From the IMG/VR virus record IMGVR_UViG_3300031566_008582: a DNA stretch of 64,000 nt, one strand, 5' to 3'. The DNA comes from a virus. Of this stretch, positions 9,718-19,937 are shown piece after piece. Under the pieces are notes generated by a model. That model did no database searches, was not told the DNA's origin, and saw nothing but the letters and a program-made list of their open reading frames with translations. The position numbers were made by a program, and so were the translations under genes. Positions within the stretch are counted from its first letter, which is position 1, and each line of letters begins with the position of its first letter.

Positions 9718-12662
9718 TGCCCAAAAGTATTGTTTATAAAGTTTCGTTGGATACCAGTGATGTATCCGCTAAATTACAAGAATTAAGAAATAGTTTAGAC
9801 ATGGCTTTTGGTGGTGGGTCATTCGCGTCTACACGCTCGGATATTCAAGACCTGTCATCGTTACAAGCTAATATAACAAAACAACCTTTTGGTACTACGG
9901 GTTTAGCCAATTTACAAACGTCGCTGCCCGAAACTTCCAAAAAATTTGTGGAAACTACGTCTGATTTATTTTTGCGTGGACAAGATTTTACAGGCAAATT
10001 TATGACAGGTTACCAAAATGTAGTTGATTCCGGCAGATTAGGTTATCAAAAACTTCTTGATGATGTGCATAAAGCAGGCATGTCTTATGGAATGTCTAAT
10101 ATCGGACCAGACCAGGCTTTTATTCCTGATTTAAGAAATAGAGGAACTATTTCTACATTAGGTGCTGCTATTCTGGGAACCGGCTATAGTCCAGATATGG
10201 CTATTAGTCCAGGGGCTTACAGTCAAGCATCACGAGATATATTAACACGTGAAAAAATGGTTGATATTTTATCTTTCGGTGCTGGTATGGCTGGAGCCGG
10301 CGTGGGCGGAGCATTAGGCGCCACCGTTGTAGGTGGAATGTTGGGAGGCCCTATTGGGGCAATTGCTGGTGGTTTGATTAGTAGCGAGGCCACAGATATT
10401 TTAGCTACTACTTATCGTAGAGATCTTGATAGAGCCAGATTTATTCAAAACACTTCATGGCGATTTTTAGGTGGTGAGATTGATTCCAATCAAGCTATGG
10501 TTGCTTCCAGACAAATTAATGAAATTATTCAATCGCCCGGTGTTCGTATGAGAGGTGTCTCCCGTCCAGAAGCCGAACAAGCTATTACATCATACACTGA
10601 ATTTGGAGGTTTTGATGCTGTTAGGACTGCCGAACAATATACTCAAGAAGTCGCTAAATTATTAGGATCTGTTCAACAAGTTAAACACATTTTACATACT
10701 AGTTTAACTGGCGCTACGCAAGCTATGGCGCAATGGGGGTCTATCGGTATTCAAGATCCTCTAAGTTTTGCGGTTGGGCTTGGAGCACAATCATCTATGT
10801 CTGGACTTTTACCGTCGCAATTAATGGCTATGGGAACACAGGGTATTGGCATGGTTCAAGGTACAGGCATTCCTCTAGAGGCTGGATTTCGAGGCGCTAT
10901 AAATATGGGTGTTAATGTTAGAGCTTTACAACAATCTCAACAAATGTCTGCTGAAACTGTTAGACAATTTGGCGGGCCTGAAGCCACAGCTGGCTGGTTA
11001 ACACAACGTGGTTGGAGTTCCGCATTGTCTAATATGGGGGCTATAAATGAAGCTGTTCTGTCTCAAGGAACAACTACTGACCAATTAAGCAGGATGACGT
11101 TTACTGATAAAATAAGTGCGGTTGGCAATATTATGGGTGATCCAGAAGCTTATTTTAAATTTATGGGTAATCGAGGAGAGCAAATAGGTAAACTTGGTCC
11201 AGAATTTTTTAACGCCGTTACATTAAAGCAATATCAGGATATGTACACAATGGCCACTGGGGTTGCTAAAATAGACCCTGCTGCATTTAAAGGATTTTTA
11301 ACAACAGAGATAGGAATGAAAGATAATGAAGCTGCAGCTTTAATGGCTGTTCAGACTAGGGCACAACGAGTTGGAAGACTTTATGGTGAACATGGAAAAA
11401 TGCAAAAATTACGTTTAGACGAGGAACCAGGAATATTAGATCAAATAAAATATTGGGCAGATGAGGCAGCATTTGGAAAATTACGAAAAATTGGAAATGT
11501 GGCGTCAGTGGGATATTCGATGGTTATAGATCCACTTGCTTATGAAGTTACAACTTTTTGGGATCAACTTGAAGGCAAATTTACTAGAACACAGGGAGTT
11601 GATTTAACTGGACTAGCTGAATTAAATCCTACACTTGCATCAAATTTATTTACTCCTGTGCCTACTTACGTAGAACCAGTATTTACTCCACGACCAGCTA
11701 TACCTATACTTGGTGGACTGTTTACCATACCGGCCGGTACAGGTGACCTTTCAGGTGCAGACATGTCCAGACGAGCTGAACGCAATTATATGAATGCTGT
11801 GGACCCAGCTAAAAAATTGATACGAGAAAAATGGGGCATTGGCAACCCCGCTTTAAATAAAATAGCTAAATATTCAGGCTATAGTTCTGCTGAAGAATTT
11901 ATTATTGCGGCTACATCAAAAATAGGTTATTGGTCAGAAGCTGATTCTGCTGGTGCAGCAATAAGATTTGGTCAGGTCTTTGATTCCTTTCAAGAAAGTT
12001 ATACCAAGAAAATAGCTGAAGACCCAACATTAGGATCAGTGGCGAAACGCAATGAATTGGCTAACATGGAAGCTTACAGATCAAAAATGTTGGCGGCGGG
12101 TTTCGAAGTGTTTAATGCTACTGCTGTTGGTAATCCTTTAAGCCAACTTGTTGGAACTAATCGTGATCAAAATTTAATGTCAGCTTTTCAACTGTTAACT
12201 GGTAATAAAGCTGAACTGGGCGATGTAGATGCTTATGCTACAAGCACGGCCGCACGTTTAACAGAAATAATAAAAATGAGCGGCGAAGACCAAACCAAAG
12301 CACTTATGGCAGTATCAGAAGATACCAGGTTGTTATATGATGTAGCCTATGATTACGCTCTTCCAACTCAAAAATATCCTACCTCAACTACAATATCGAG
12401 AGCTATGGCGACTATAGGCTCAGGACTTAAATATACAGACGAGGCGGGCGATGTGGGCGTACAGGTTAAAAAAGATATGGATAAACTTCTCTCCGAGTAT
12501 AAAATAAATTCTGGAATGTTTAAAGAAATTAAAGATATATTTACTATAGAGGCTAAGGCTGCCAATGATCTTCGGAAAACAGTAGAAATGTTAAATAGTA
12601 ATAGAAATCAATTTTTGGCTCCTGTAACAAGCGACACATTAACTGCCGGGGGGAATGGATAG
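9717..12662 (+). CDS. Tape measure-like protein
   Basis: 981 aa, Ala/Gly-rich helical composition with Gly-zipper segment, follows chaperone pair. Confidence 0.65.
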   Translation: MPKSIVYKVSLDTSDVSAKLQELRNSLDMAFGGGSFASTRSDIQDLSSLQANITKQPFGTTGLANLQTSLPETSKKFVETTSDLFLRGQDFTGKFMTGYQNVVDSGRLGYQKLLDDVHKAGMSYGMSNIGPDQAFIPDLRNRGTISTLGAAILGTGYSPDMAISPGAYSQASRDILTREKMVDILSFGAGMAGAGVGGALGATVVGGMLGGPIGAIAGGLISSEATDILATTYRRDLDRARFIQNTSWRFLGGEIDSNQAMVASRQINEIIQSPGVRMRGVSRPEAEQAITSYTEFGGFDAVRTAEQYTQEVAKLLGSVQQVKHILHTSLTGATQAMAQWGSIGIQDPLSFAVGLGAQSSMSGLLPSQLMAMGTQGIGMVQGTGIPLEAGFRGAINMGVNVRALQQSQQMSAETVRQFGGPEATAGWLTQRGWSSALSNMGAINEAVLSQGTTTDQLSRMTFTDKISAVGNIMGDPEAYFKFMGNRGEQIGKLGPEFFNAVTLKQYQDMYTMATGVAKIDPAAFKGFLTTEIGMKDNEAAALMAVQTRAQRVGRLYGEHGKMQKLRLDEEPGILDQIKYWADEAAFGKLRKIGNVASVGYSMVIDPLAYEVTTFWDQLEGKFTRTQGVDLTGLAELNPTLASNLFTPVPTYVEPVFTPRPAIPILGGLFTIPAGTGDLSGADMSRRAERNYMNAVDPAKKLIREKWGIGNPALNKIAKYSGYSSAEEFIIAATSKIGYWSEADSAGAAIRFGQVFDSFQESYTKKIAEDPTLGSVAKRNELANMEAYRSKMLAAGFEVFNATAVGNPLSQLVGTNRDQNLMSAFQLLTGNKAELGDVDAYATSTAARLTEIIKMSGEDQTKALMAVSEDTRLLYDVAYDYALPTQKYPTSTTISRAMATIGSGLKYTDEAGDVGVQVKKDMDKLLSEYKINSGMFKEIKDIFTIEAKAANDLRKTVEMLNSNRNQFLAPVTSDTLTAGGNG

Positions 12663-12668
12663 AAATTT

Positions 12669-14690
12669 ATGGCATACGCAAAAGACATAAAATGTAAATT
12701 ATATTTAGAAGGATTAGAAATTCCTTTTAACTCAGTTACTATAATGGAACAAGTCGGTCAGCCGGTTCAGGCTACGTTTTCAGTTGCACCACACTCTAAG
12801 ATGCCCTTTCTTTTACCAAAAACTCTGGCCCATTTATTTTACTTTGTTGATGAGGACTATAGGTTAATTTTTGAAGGAGAGTTGGCCAACATAGGTATGA
12901 ATAAAGACACTCAGTCAAGACACATTACTTTAACATTTATTAGTGCAACTTCAAACTGGTATCATACATATATATCTCCAGTAAATTTTACTGTGCAAAA
13001 TGTTCAAGAAAGATCTATGTATTTAATGCCTGGAAAATATGATGGTAAGGCAACTACTAACAACACGACAGAAAAACAGTTTGCTGATTATACGAAAAAT
13101 TTACCCGATGAAGAGATAGTGGCCAGCCGAAAAAAAGATACGTGGTATTTCACCAAAGAGTTGCAATATTTTAATTTATTAAATGCGTTAAAAACTACTT
13201 TAGAAGATAAATTGACTTTAAGTGCCACACTCTTAAGTTTATTAGAACATATAAATAAACTCAACGGGTATTACCCAATTGTAAATAACTCTTTAAAATT
13301 AAATAAAAGGGCACTAATTTTAGAAAACTCTAAAGCTGAAAAACTTATTCAGGATGAATATTTAGTGCAAATGTTATTACAAGAAGTAGAAAGCTTATCT
13401 TCAACAACTAATTTTATGCAAGCTTTATCTGTTATATTAACTTATTTGATGTATGATTGGACTGAAATCGCGGCTCCTATAAAACATCCAAATGCTGTTC
13501 ATCCGGTATCAACCATAATTTTTAAACCTAAAACTGATTATTTAATGCCTTTGAGATCCAATATTATTTACCCTGATCAAATATCAAATCTAGACTACCA
13601 AAGAAATTTTTTAACAGAGCCAACCAGAATGTTTTTTGAGCCCATAACTTTATTAGCTAAAGCCAGTCCAACCGCGGATGTACACTGTTTACTGTTTCAT
13701 TATAGTCCGTCTATTGAGGTTCAAAAAAAGGACGGACTGCCTATTTTTTCTCTGACAAGCGAAGAAAAATATAGAGGAATGCAAATACATCAAGGTTCGC
13801 CCCCTTCATTAGCAGATAGAACATATGCTAATTTGTTCAATAAAGATAACGAAATATCTCCACAGCCTTATATAGATATGGAAAAAGTATTTACTGATGA
13901 AGAAACTAAAAAACCGGTAGACTTTATCAGTAATACATTAGATCGTCAATTTATTACCGAACGGTTTAATAGCCGATCTGTAAGCATATCTACTAATTAT
14001 ACTCCTTATAGATTAGTTGGTTTTCCCGCGGTTGTTTTGGACGAAATTTTTCCTTCCATAGTTGGTAATATTTCTTCTATCACGTCTACTATAAGCGCGG
14101 ATGGGCAGGGTACACAAACAATATCCATAGAGCACCCCAGAATATTTTTAAACGACAACGATATTAGTTCAACTATGCCTGCCGGCATTGATACCGTACC
14201 GATGTTTCCTGGTTATTTTGATGACTCTTATAAAGCGAAAAATATTGGTAAGCAAAGATACTCCCAATTAATTAACAGGAATAATCAAACTTCAGCGGAC
14301 GAGTCTATTTGGACCTATGTTACCGACGAGGAAGCCAAGACAATTGACGACATAGCAACTGATCCTGAACACGAAGCCGAATATGAAGCACAAAGACTAT
14401 CTTTAGCTATTAAAAAATTAAAACGTGCCTATAAATCTATTCAGTTCGATAAACATATTTACATAAATAATCAAATTAAACGTAGTTTGGTTACCGAGAA
14501 AGAGTGGTGGACCTTCTTGAATGTTCATATCGAAAATGGAATACCAAGACCGTCAGCTGTAGAAAGCACGTTTGTTTCAAAAACTATAGATATAAGCGGC
14601 GCCGCTGCTGATGCTGACAAACCAGGTAGTATAAACAGGCCATTTGTTAGAGAACGTCGTAATAGAGTAAAGGAGATAATTCAGAAATGA
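12669..14690 (+). CDS. Baseplate hub/tail protein
   Basis: KLYLEGLEIPFNSVTI N-terminus and YRLVGFPAVVLD...GNISSITSTISADG segment typical of hub proteins; synteny. Confidence 0.55.
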   Translation: MAYAKDIKCKLYLEGLEIPFNSVTIMEQVGQPVQATFSVAPHSKMPFLLPKTLAHLFYFVDEDYRLIFEGELANIGMNKDTQSRHITLTFISATSNWYHTYISPVNFTVQNVQERSMYLMPGKYDGKATTNNTTEKQFADYTKNLPDEEIVASRKKDTWYFTKELQYFNLLNALKTTLEDKLTLSATLLSLLEHINKLNGYYPIVNNSLKLNKRALILENSKAEKLIQDEYLVQMLLQEVESLSSTTNFMQALSVILTYLMYDWTEIAAPIKHPNAVHPVSTIIFKPKTDYLMPLRSNIIYPDQISNLDYQRNFLTEPTRMFFEPITLLAKASPTADVHCLLFHYSPSIEVQKKDGLPIFSLTSEEKYRGMQIHQGSPPSLADRTYANLFNKDNEISPQPYIDMEKVFTDEETKKPVDFISNTLDRQFITERFNSRSVSISTNYTPYRLVGFPAVVLDEIFPSIVGNISSITSTISADGQGTQTISIEHPRIFLNDNDISSTMPAGIDTVPMFPGYFDDSYKAKNIGKQRYSQLINRNNQTSADESIWTYVTDEEAKTIDDIATDPEHEAEYEAQRLSLAIKKLKRAYKSIQFDKHIYINNQIKRSLVTEKEWWTFLNVHIENGIPRPSAVESTFVSKTIDISGAAADADKPGSINRPFVRERRNRVKEIIQK

Positions 14691-15661
14691 GTATTCGTGA
14701 TCCATTAAATCAGGCCAATTTTATATCAAATCTGGGCGTAGCTGGTATTGAAACTCCGTCGGATCCTTTAATAGCCGCGTCTCAAGATATTATGGCGATA
14801 CAAAGTGTAGTAGGTGGTAGACAAAAACCTCCTATTGTGGATATTCTGGAGAAAGATGCGCCTGCTTTTTTCTATGTGGTTAAAAAAGAAAGTGGAGATC
14901 CAAAAAAACCGCAAGGATATATTGAAGCTCTATCAAATAAATTTTTATTAACCAATATCCAAGAAAACCATTTAGAAAAGTTACAAGTATTAGAGACTTT
15001 TGGCGAACCTGTTTTATACTTTTTTAACGAAAGAACAAAAATTTACTCATTGGCAGGGTTATTTCTTAATGCTTATCAAGGCGACGATAAAATAATATAT
15101 AATTGGGCATTAGCTTTTAGAAGTTTTTATAATGACTATTTACGTGGTACTAAATTAGCGGAAGCTAAAAATATTGCGATTCTGGCTGTTGATGGTATGT
15201 TGATGTATGGTTATGCTATTGCGTTCAATATTGTCACAGATAGCCAAAATCCTCATTCCGTGCCCTTTACTATGTCCTATATGGTAACTAAACAAGTTAT
15301 TGTACCGCCGCCGTCTATTTATGTTAGAATGAATGCCGACGCTAATGTTGGAGTTTTAACTGCTGCTAAAAAATGGAAATTAGGTTTGGAACAGCATTAT
15401 AAATTAAATTATGAAAATCTTACTCAAGCCCAGGAAGAACAACTACAAGAAGTTAATGTAGAAATTGACACTTTAACGACCGAGATAGAGCAAATAATTG
15501 AGCAGTTGCAACAATTAGCTACTGCCGGATCAACAGATTTTGAAACACTAACTACAGAAAAAGATAAAAAAGGAATATTAAGAGATAATTGGATTTTATA
15601 TCGTAACAATTTAGTAACTAGTTGGTACCAAATGAAAGCAAGATACGGTTCGTCTAAATAA
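14687..15661 (+). CDS. Putative virion/baseplate protein
   Basis: 324-aa ORF coupled in structural operon. Confidence 0.55.
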   Translation: MSIRDPLNQANFISNLGVAGIETPSDPLIAASQDIMAIQSVVGGRQKPPIVDILEKDAPAFFYVVKKESGDPKKPQGYIEALSNKFLLTNIQENHLEKLQVLETFGEPVLYFFNERTKIYSLAGLFLNAYQGDDKIIYNWALAFRSFYNDYLRGTKLAEAKNIAILAVDGMLMYGYAIAFNIVTDSQNPHSVPFTMSYMVTKQVIVPPPSIYVRMNADANVGVLTAAKKWKLGLEQHYKLNYENLTQAQEEQLQEVNVEIDTLTTEIEQIIEQLQQLATAGSTDFETLTTEKDKKGILRDNWILYRNNLVTSWYQMKARYGSSK

Positions 15662-15668
15662 ATTTACG

Positions 15669-15697
15669 TTGACTTTTAATAAGGTTTTTGGTATATT
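15669..15697 (+). promoter_or_regulatory. Sigma70-type promoter of sigma gene (probably leaderless mRNA)
   Basis: TTGACT-N17-TATATT with TGn extension; ATG only 6 nt past the -10. Confidence 0.65.
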
Positions 15698-15703
15698 AAG
15701 ATT

Positions 15704-16441
15704 ATGGTAATAATTGAAAAACAAAAAGAATTAGGACTTTGGCACGACTGGAAAGGCGGTAATAAGCAATCTCTTCCCACTTTGTTAAGAAGTATGGATC
15801 CGCTCATTCAACAACAAGTAAACAAGTTTCAAGCTGCTGCTATTCCCAGAACAGCGATTGAGGCACAAGGGCGCGCTTTGGCAGTAAAAGCATTTGAAGA
15901 CTATGATCCAAATAAAGGGGCTGCTTTAAATACACATGTATTTAATCATCTAAAACATCTGCAGAGATATGTAATAGATTATCAAAATGTTGGTAAAATT
16001 CCAGAACATAGAGGTATCCAAATTTCTCGTTTTAGAAATATAAAAAGAAACTTGGAAGAAGAATTGGGCCGTGAGCCAAATGTTATAGAATTATCTGAAG
16101 CTTTAGACTGGTCGCAAAAAGAAGTCAATAGAATGGTGTCAGAACAACGAACTGATGTTACATTAAGACAAAGTTTGGAGGAATCAGGCTGGTATGATAA
16201 AGACGCATTAATTACAGACCCAACCAAAGAACTTTTAGAATTTGTATATCACGATCCTAACTTGACAATGGAAGAAAAAAAGGCCATGGAATACTTTTTT
16301 GGAATGGGAAATATGCCGCGCCTATCAGTTAAAGAGATTGCTTTAAAAATGAATAAGCCGGAATCTTATATTAGAAAAATAGGTAAAAAAATATCTTCAC
16401 AAGTTTTAACAGCAAAAAGAAAACATCAGCATGAGTTTTAA
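15704..16441 (+). CDS. Sigma-70 family RNA polymerase sigma factor
   Basis: KAFEDYDPNKGAALNTHV (region 2), LEEELGREPNVIELSEAL (region 3), LSVKEIALKM (region 4 HTH). Confidence 0.8.
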   Translation: MVIIEKQKELGLWHDWKGGNKQSLPTLLRSMDPLIQQQVNKFQAAAIPRTAIEAQGRALAVKAFEDYDPNKGAALNTHVFNHLKHLQRYVIDYQNVGKIPEHRGIQISRFRNIKRNLEEELGREPNVIELSEALDWSQKEVNRMVSEQRTDVTLRQSLEESGWYDKDALITDPTKELLEFVYHDPNLTMEEKKAMEYFFGMGNMPRLSVKEIALKMNKPESYIRKIGKKISSQVLTAKRKHQHEF

Positions 16442-18233
16442 AAATTGTTTTTCAAATATAGAAAAGTCTGATATTGTACAGGCTTTAGATAAAGATATAA
16501 AAGATATTTTATCCGATATAAATCCTTTTCAAACTTCTTTTTGGAACAGTATTTTTCCCGTGGTGGTGGACATGTTCGGTAACGTGGCAGGCGGTTTAAT
16601 AGCCGAGATGTATCAACAAATGATGGACGAAGCGGCCGATAAAATAGTTCCCTTTGTTGAACAGAATTTAGGGGCCGTGGCTATGATTCTTACATCCAGT
16701 ACCGAGTGGCAAATATACGCCTTTTCTCAATTTTCAAATGAATTAAAAAAATTAGCGGAAGATAGATTAATAGTGCTTCGCGAAATTAGGTCTATTCTAG
16801 CTACATTACGAAGCGTCATGAGTCAGATAATTGAGGATAGAAAACATCCTGAAATTTATATTAAAGTAAATAATGCTATGAGGCATTTGACAATAATGCT
16901 GTCTAATCTATATAGAGTGGAAGACGGGCTAAGAAATTTTTCATATATGCATGTAGCTTCATTAAATCAAGCACAAAAAAGATTAGATGCAGCGATAAAA
17001 GAATTAGGGAACAACGACGAAGAATTACAGAACCTGTTTGATCCTGTAGTAGGCGGGGAAGAACGAAATACCAGAATAAGACAATTTTTAGAAGACACCG
17101 CTAAGAATGAAATAAGAAAAAAAGAATTAATCGCTACTACTATTTATTATTCCTTTTTAGATTTATGTAAAAAAATTCCCATCCCGATGAGTAATGCCAA
17201 AGGGATTATTGGAGGATATGCCGGAACTGTGCCACAAACCCCTTTAGATGAGCATAGGGATATTTTTGGCACAATCGCACAGATAAAAGGCATAAAAAAT
17301 CTTACCGAATCAATGTCAATTCTAAAAAATATTATGGTGTCATTCAAAACTAACTGGACAGAAATAGAAAGATTAGCTAAAATTCATTTAACGGGCCTTA
17401 ATTTTTTAATACCAAGAATTATCAGGATACGCGATGATATGCATGATACTTTAATCAGAGCGGAAAATCAGAGTAACCCTACCATATTACATATGAAACG
17501 TTTGCCATGGGTAGCGGAATTAACAACTCTTCAAGCAATGGGTATTTTAGAAGGACTGACTGTTACTGGGGAGTCACAAAATTTAGTTCTTGATTTACGA
17601 GCTATGGATGAAATTATTTTATATTTAACGGAAAACGAAATTGATGGTCCGACTGAACTTATAAAAAGAATTATTGACTTAGCTGGTCCCTTATCATCTG
17701 CTATGTTAAATCCTGAAACAGCTTTATCCGCACGCATACAAATAGGTGATACGCTGTTTTTGCTTGACAGGTATATAGCTGCGGAAAATAAATTGATAAC
17801 TGTTTTAGATAAATTAAATTTAGATGATAATCCGGGCTATTCAGCCGTAAAGGATGGTTGGAAAATATTAGTTGGCGGAGCTTCTGGAATTTTAAGTGGA
17901 TTAAATTTAAATACTAAAAAACCACTTGAAAATTTTGGGGCCAGAATAACTACTGGCACGGGAAACCGGATTTCTCCCTCTGTGGACACAATAACAGAAA
18001 CATGGAGAACAAGTAGTTCTATTGCTATGGCTATTGGCAATTGTTTTAAAAACAACCCAAACACCAAAATATCACAAATCAATCCATCACTTTTAAACGA
18101 AACTATTGATGACATTCCACAAACTGAAAATGAAAAATTAATGACAGACGGTTCTAACGTGTATTTTAAACAAAAAGCTAATGTAGAATTGGAATACTCT
18201 GCGGTAGAGTTTTCTAAAATTTGGGAACAATAA
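16431..18233 (+). CDS. Hypothetical protein (virion module)
   Basis: 600-aa helical ORF. Confidence 0.7.
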   Translation: MSFKNCFSNIEKSDIVQALDKDIKDILSDINPFQTSFWNSIFPVVVDMFGNVAGGLIAEMYQQMMDEAADKIVPFVEQNLGAVAMILTSSTEWQIYAFSQFSNELKKLAEDRLIVLREIRSILATLRSVMSQIIEDRKHPEIYIKVNNAMRHLTIMLSNLYRVEDGLRNFSYMHVASLNQAQKRLDAAIKELGNNDEELQNLFDPVVGGEERNTRIRQFLEDTAKNEIRKKELIATTIYYSFLDLCKKIPIPMSNAKGIIGGYAGTVPQTPLDEHRDIFGTIAQIKGIKNLTESMSILKNIMVSFKTNWTEIERLAKIHLTGLNFLIPRIIRIRDDMHDTLIRAENQSNPTILHMKRLPWVAELTTLQAMGILEGLTVTGESQNLVLDLRAMDEIILYLTENEIDGPTELIKRIIDLAGPLSSAMLNPETALSARIQIGDTLFLLDRYIAAENKLITVLDKLNLDDNPGYSAVKDGWKILVGGASGILSGLNLNTKKPLENFGARITTGTGNRISPSVDTITETWRTSSSIAMAIGNCFKNNPNTKISQINPSLLNETIDDIPQTENEKLMTDGSNVYFKQKANVELEYSAVEFSKIWEQ

Positions 18234-18655
18234 TGAAAGATTTATTAGTAATTTACAGCGACTCTACGACCGACAGGCTAAAAAAAGGCTTTAATAATTA
18301 TCCTAGACACGCGACAGATATAAAGACGTTGCTTCAAACTATTGTTAGAGAACTTTTAAATCAAATCGGAACAAATCATTTTGACCCAAATATTGGGTCT
18401 ATATTGAATCAATTCGCTGGTCAAGGATACAGTCCTTATGATGAAGATCAAATTAGAACCGCAATTTCAATGGCTGTGTCACAAACAGAAGAAAAAATAC
18501 TTTATGAACAATCTTCTGAAACATACTTAAAAAATGAAGAAGAACTTACCAGCCTTACTCTGGACTCTATCGCCTACGATCACGGCCAAGGTAGTTGGTT
18601 CATAGATATAAGAGTGAAAACAAAAGCTGATCATGTCTATCTAGTAAAGATTTAA
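18221..18655 (+). CDS. Baseplate wedge subunit (gp25-like)
   Basis: ELLNQIGTNHFDPNIGS (T..G...F.P.YGS-like), size and position before baseplate J. Confidence 0.65.
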   Translation: MGTIMKDLLVIYSDSTTDRLKKGFNNYPRHATDIKTLLQTIVRELLNQIGTNHFDPNIGSILNQFAGQGYSPYDEDQIRTAISMAVSQTEEKILYEQSSETYLKNEEELTSLTLDSIAYDHGQGSWFIDIRVKTKADHVYLVKI

Positions 18656-18667
18656 TGAGGAAACACA

Positions 18668-19921
18668 ATGGCTAAGAATGTAATTGCTTACATAAAACAA
18701 AAACTAAAAGATTACGATCCTATGATTGATACCAGGAATACGGCCGCCTTAGTAGATCTTATGGTAAATCCTTTAAGTACTATTTTAGAGCCTTATGATA
18801 CTGAACACACAGCTTTACAAAATCAGCTTTCCATTTCAGATCCAACAAGTTTATCAGAAGCTGAGATGGATCAAATTGTCGCTAATTTTCTTATTCAGCG
18901 AGACCAGGGCGATAAATCCAGAGGTTATATAAAAATTTATTTTTATAGAGCACAGGATTTCACATTGTCCGCGGGGTCGCAAGTAGAAACATCTGCGGGA
19001 TTAAAATTTTATACATTAAGCAACTATACCATTTCTAATACTCAAATGCTGGCTAATAACCAACGTTATCCATTATATTCGACTGATAATATATTAATCG
19101 AAGCTGAAAGTGCTGGATTACAATATGATATCAGTCCTGGAGCAATTTCTAAAATTTATGGGGTAACCGCTGAATTTGCTTATGTAACAAATAATACCGG
19201 GTTTTCTGGAGGAGCCACCAAAGAAAATAACACGGCCGTTTACACTAGACTTTTGTCGTCCGTTACCAATGAAACAATAGCGTCGCCGGACGGTATAACA
19301 AAACTCATAAAAAGAAATTTCCCGTCTGTTAATACAGTTGTTGTAAAAGGTATGATAGATGATGAAATGGCACGTGACTTGTCGTTTAATGCAACAGTAT
19401 CGGGGTTATTAAATTGGAACTCTTCACAATATTATGAGTCTGACCTTGATGGGTGTGTGTCGGGATATCACGAATACCCTTATAACCAAAGTCAAGCTTA
19501 TTTTGGACTATTTCAGGATGACGCGGCTACCTCGGGCTATGCTCCAACTGATTTACCTCTGGCTACTGAGTTTACAACAGAATTTTTACAAAATATGTAT
19601 GCCAACAATTATAGAAAATATGATGTTCTTTATTCTGAGGTTAAGGCCGACATAATACTTAATCAAACATTTAACGCTGCTCCTGCAAAATCTGTGTTCC
19701 CAGCAGATTGGAGTAGATCCGACGCAGCCTTAGGATTAAACAATATGATTTCAAATAATGAAATAGCTATAGATTTGTCAGTTGGGGCGGTTCGTTTAGG
19801 ATACAGGTATACCGAAGATGATGCGATTGCCCAACCTATTATTTTACCATCAATCAAATCTATAGAAAAAATAATTGACTTACTGAGACAAGCTAAATTG
19901 TCTGGTAGAAGTGCAACTTAA
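18668..19921 (+). CDS. Baseplate J-like protein, N-terminal part
   Basis: AALVDLMVNPL, IEAESAGLQYDI..., FSGGATKENN motifs. Confidence 0.7.
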   Translation: MAKNVIAYIKQKLKDYDPMIDTRNTAALVDLMVNPLSTILEPYDTEHTALQNQLSISDPTSLSEAEMDQIVANFLIQRDQGDKSRGYIKIYFYRAQDFTLSAGSQVETSAGLKFYTLSNYTISNTQMLANNQRYPLYSTDNILIEAESAGLQYDISPGAISKIYGVTAEFAYVTNNTGFSGGATKENNTAVYTRLLSSVTNETIASPDGITKLIKRNFPSVNTVVVKGMIDDEMARDLSFNATVSGLLNWNSSQYYESDLDGCVSGYHEYPYNQSQAYFGLFQDDAATSGYAPTDLPLATEFTTEFLQNMYANNYRKYDVLYSEVKADIILNQTFNAAPAKSVFPADWSRSDAALGLNNMISNNEIAIDLSVGAVRLGYRYTEDDAIAQPIILPSIKSIEKIIDLLRQAKLSGRSAT

Positions 19922-19937
19922 TAATGGGTGATAATAA

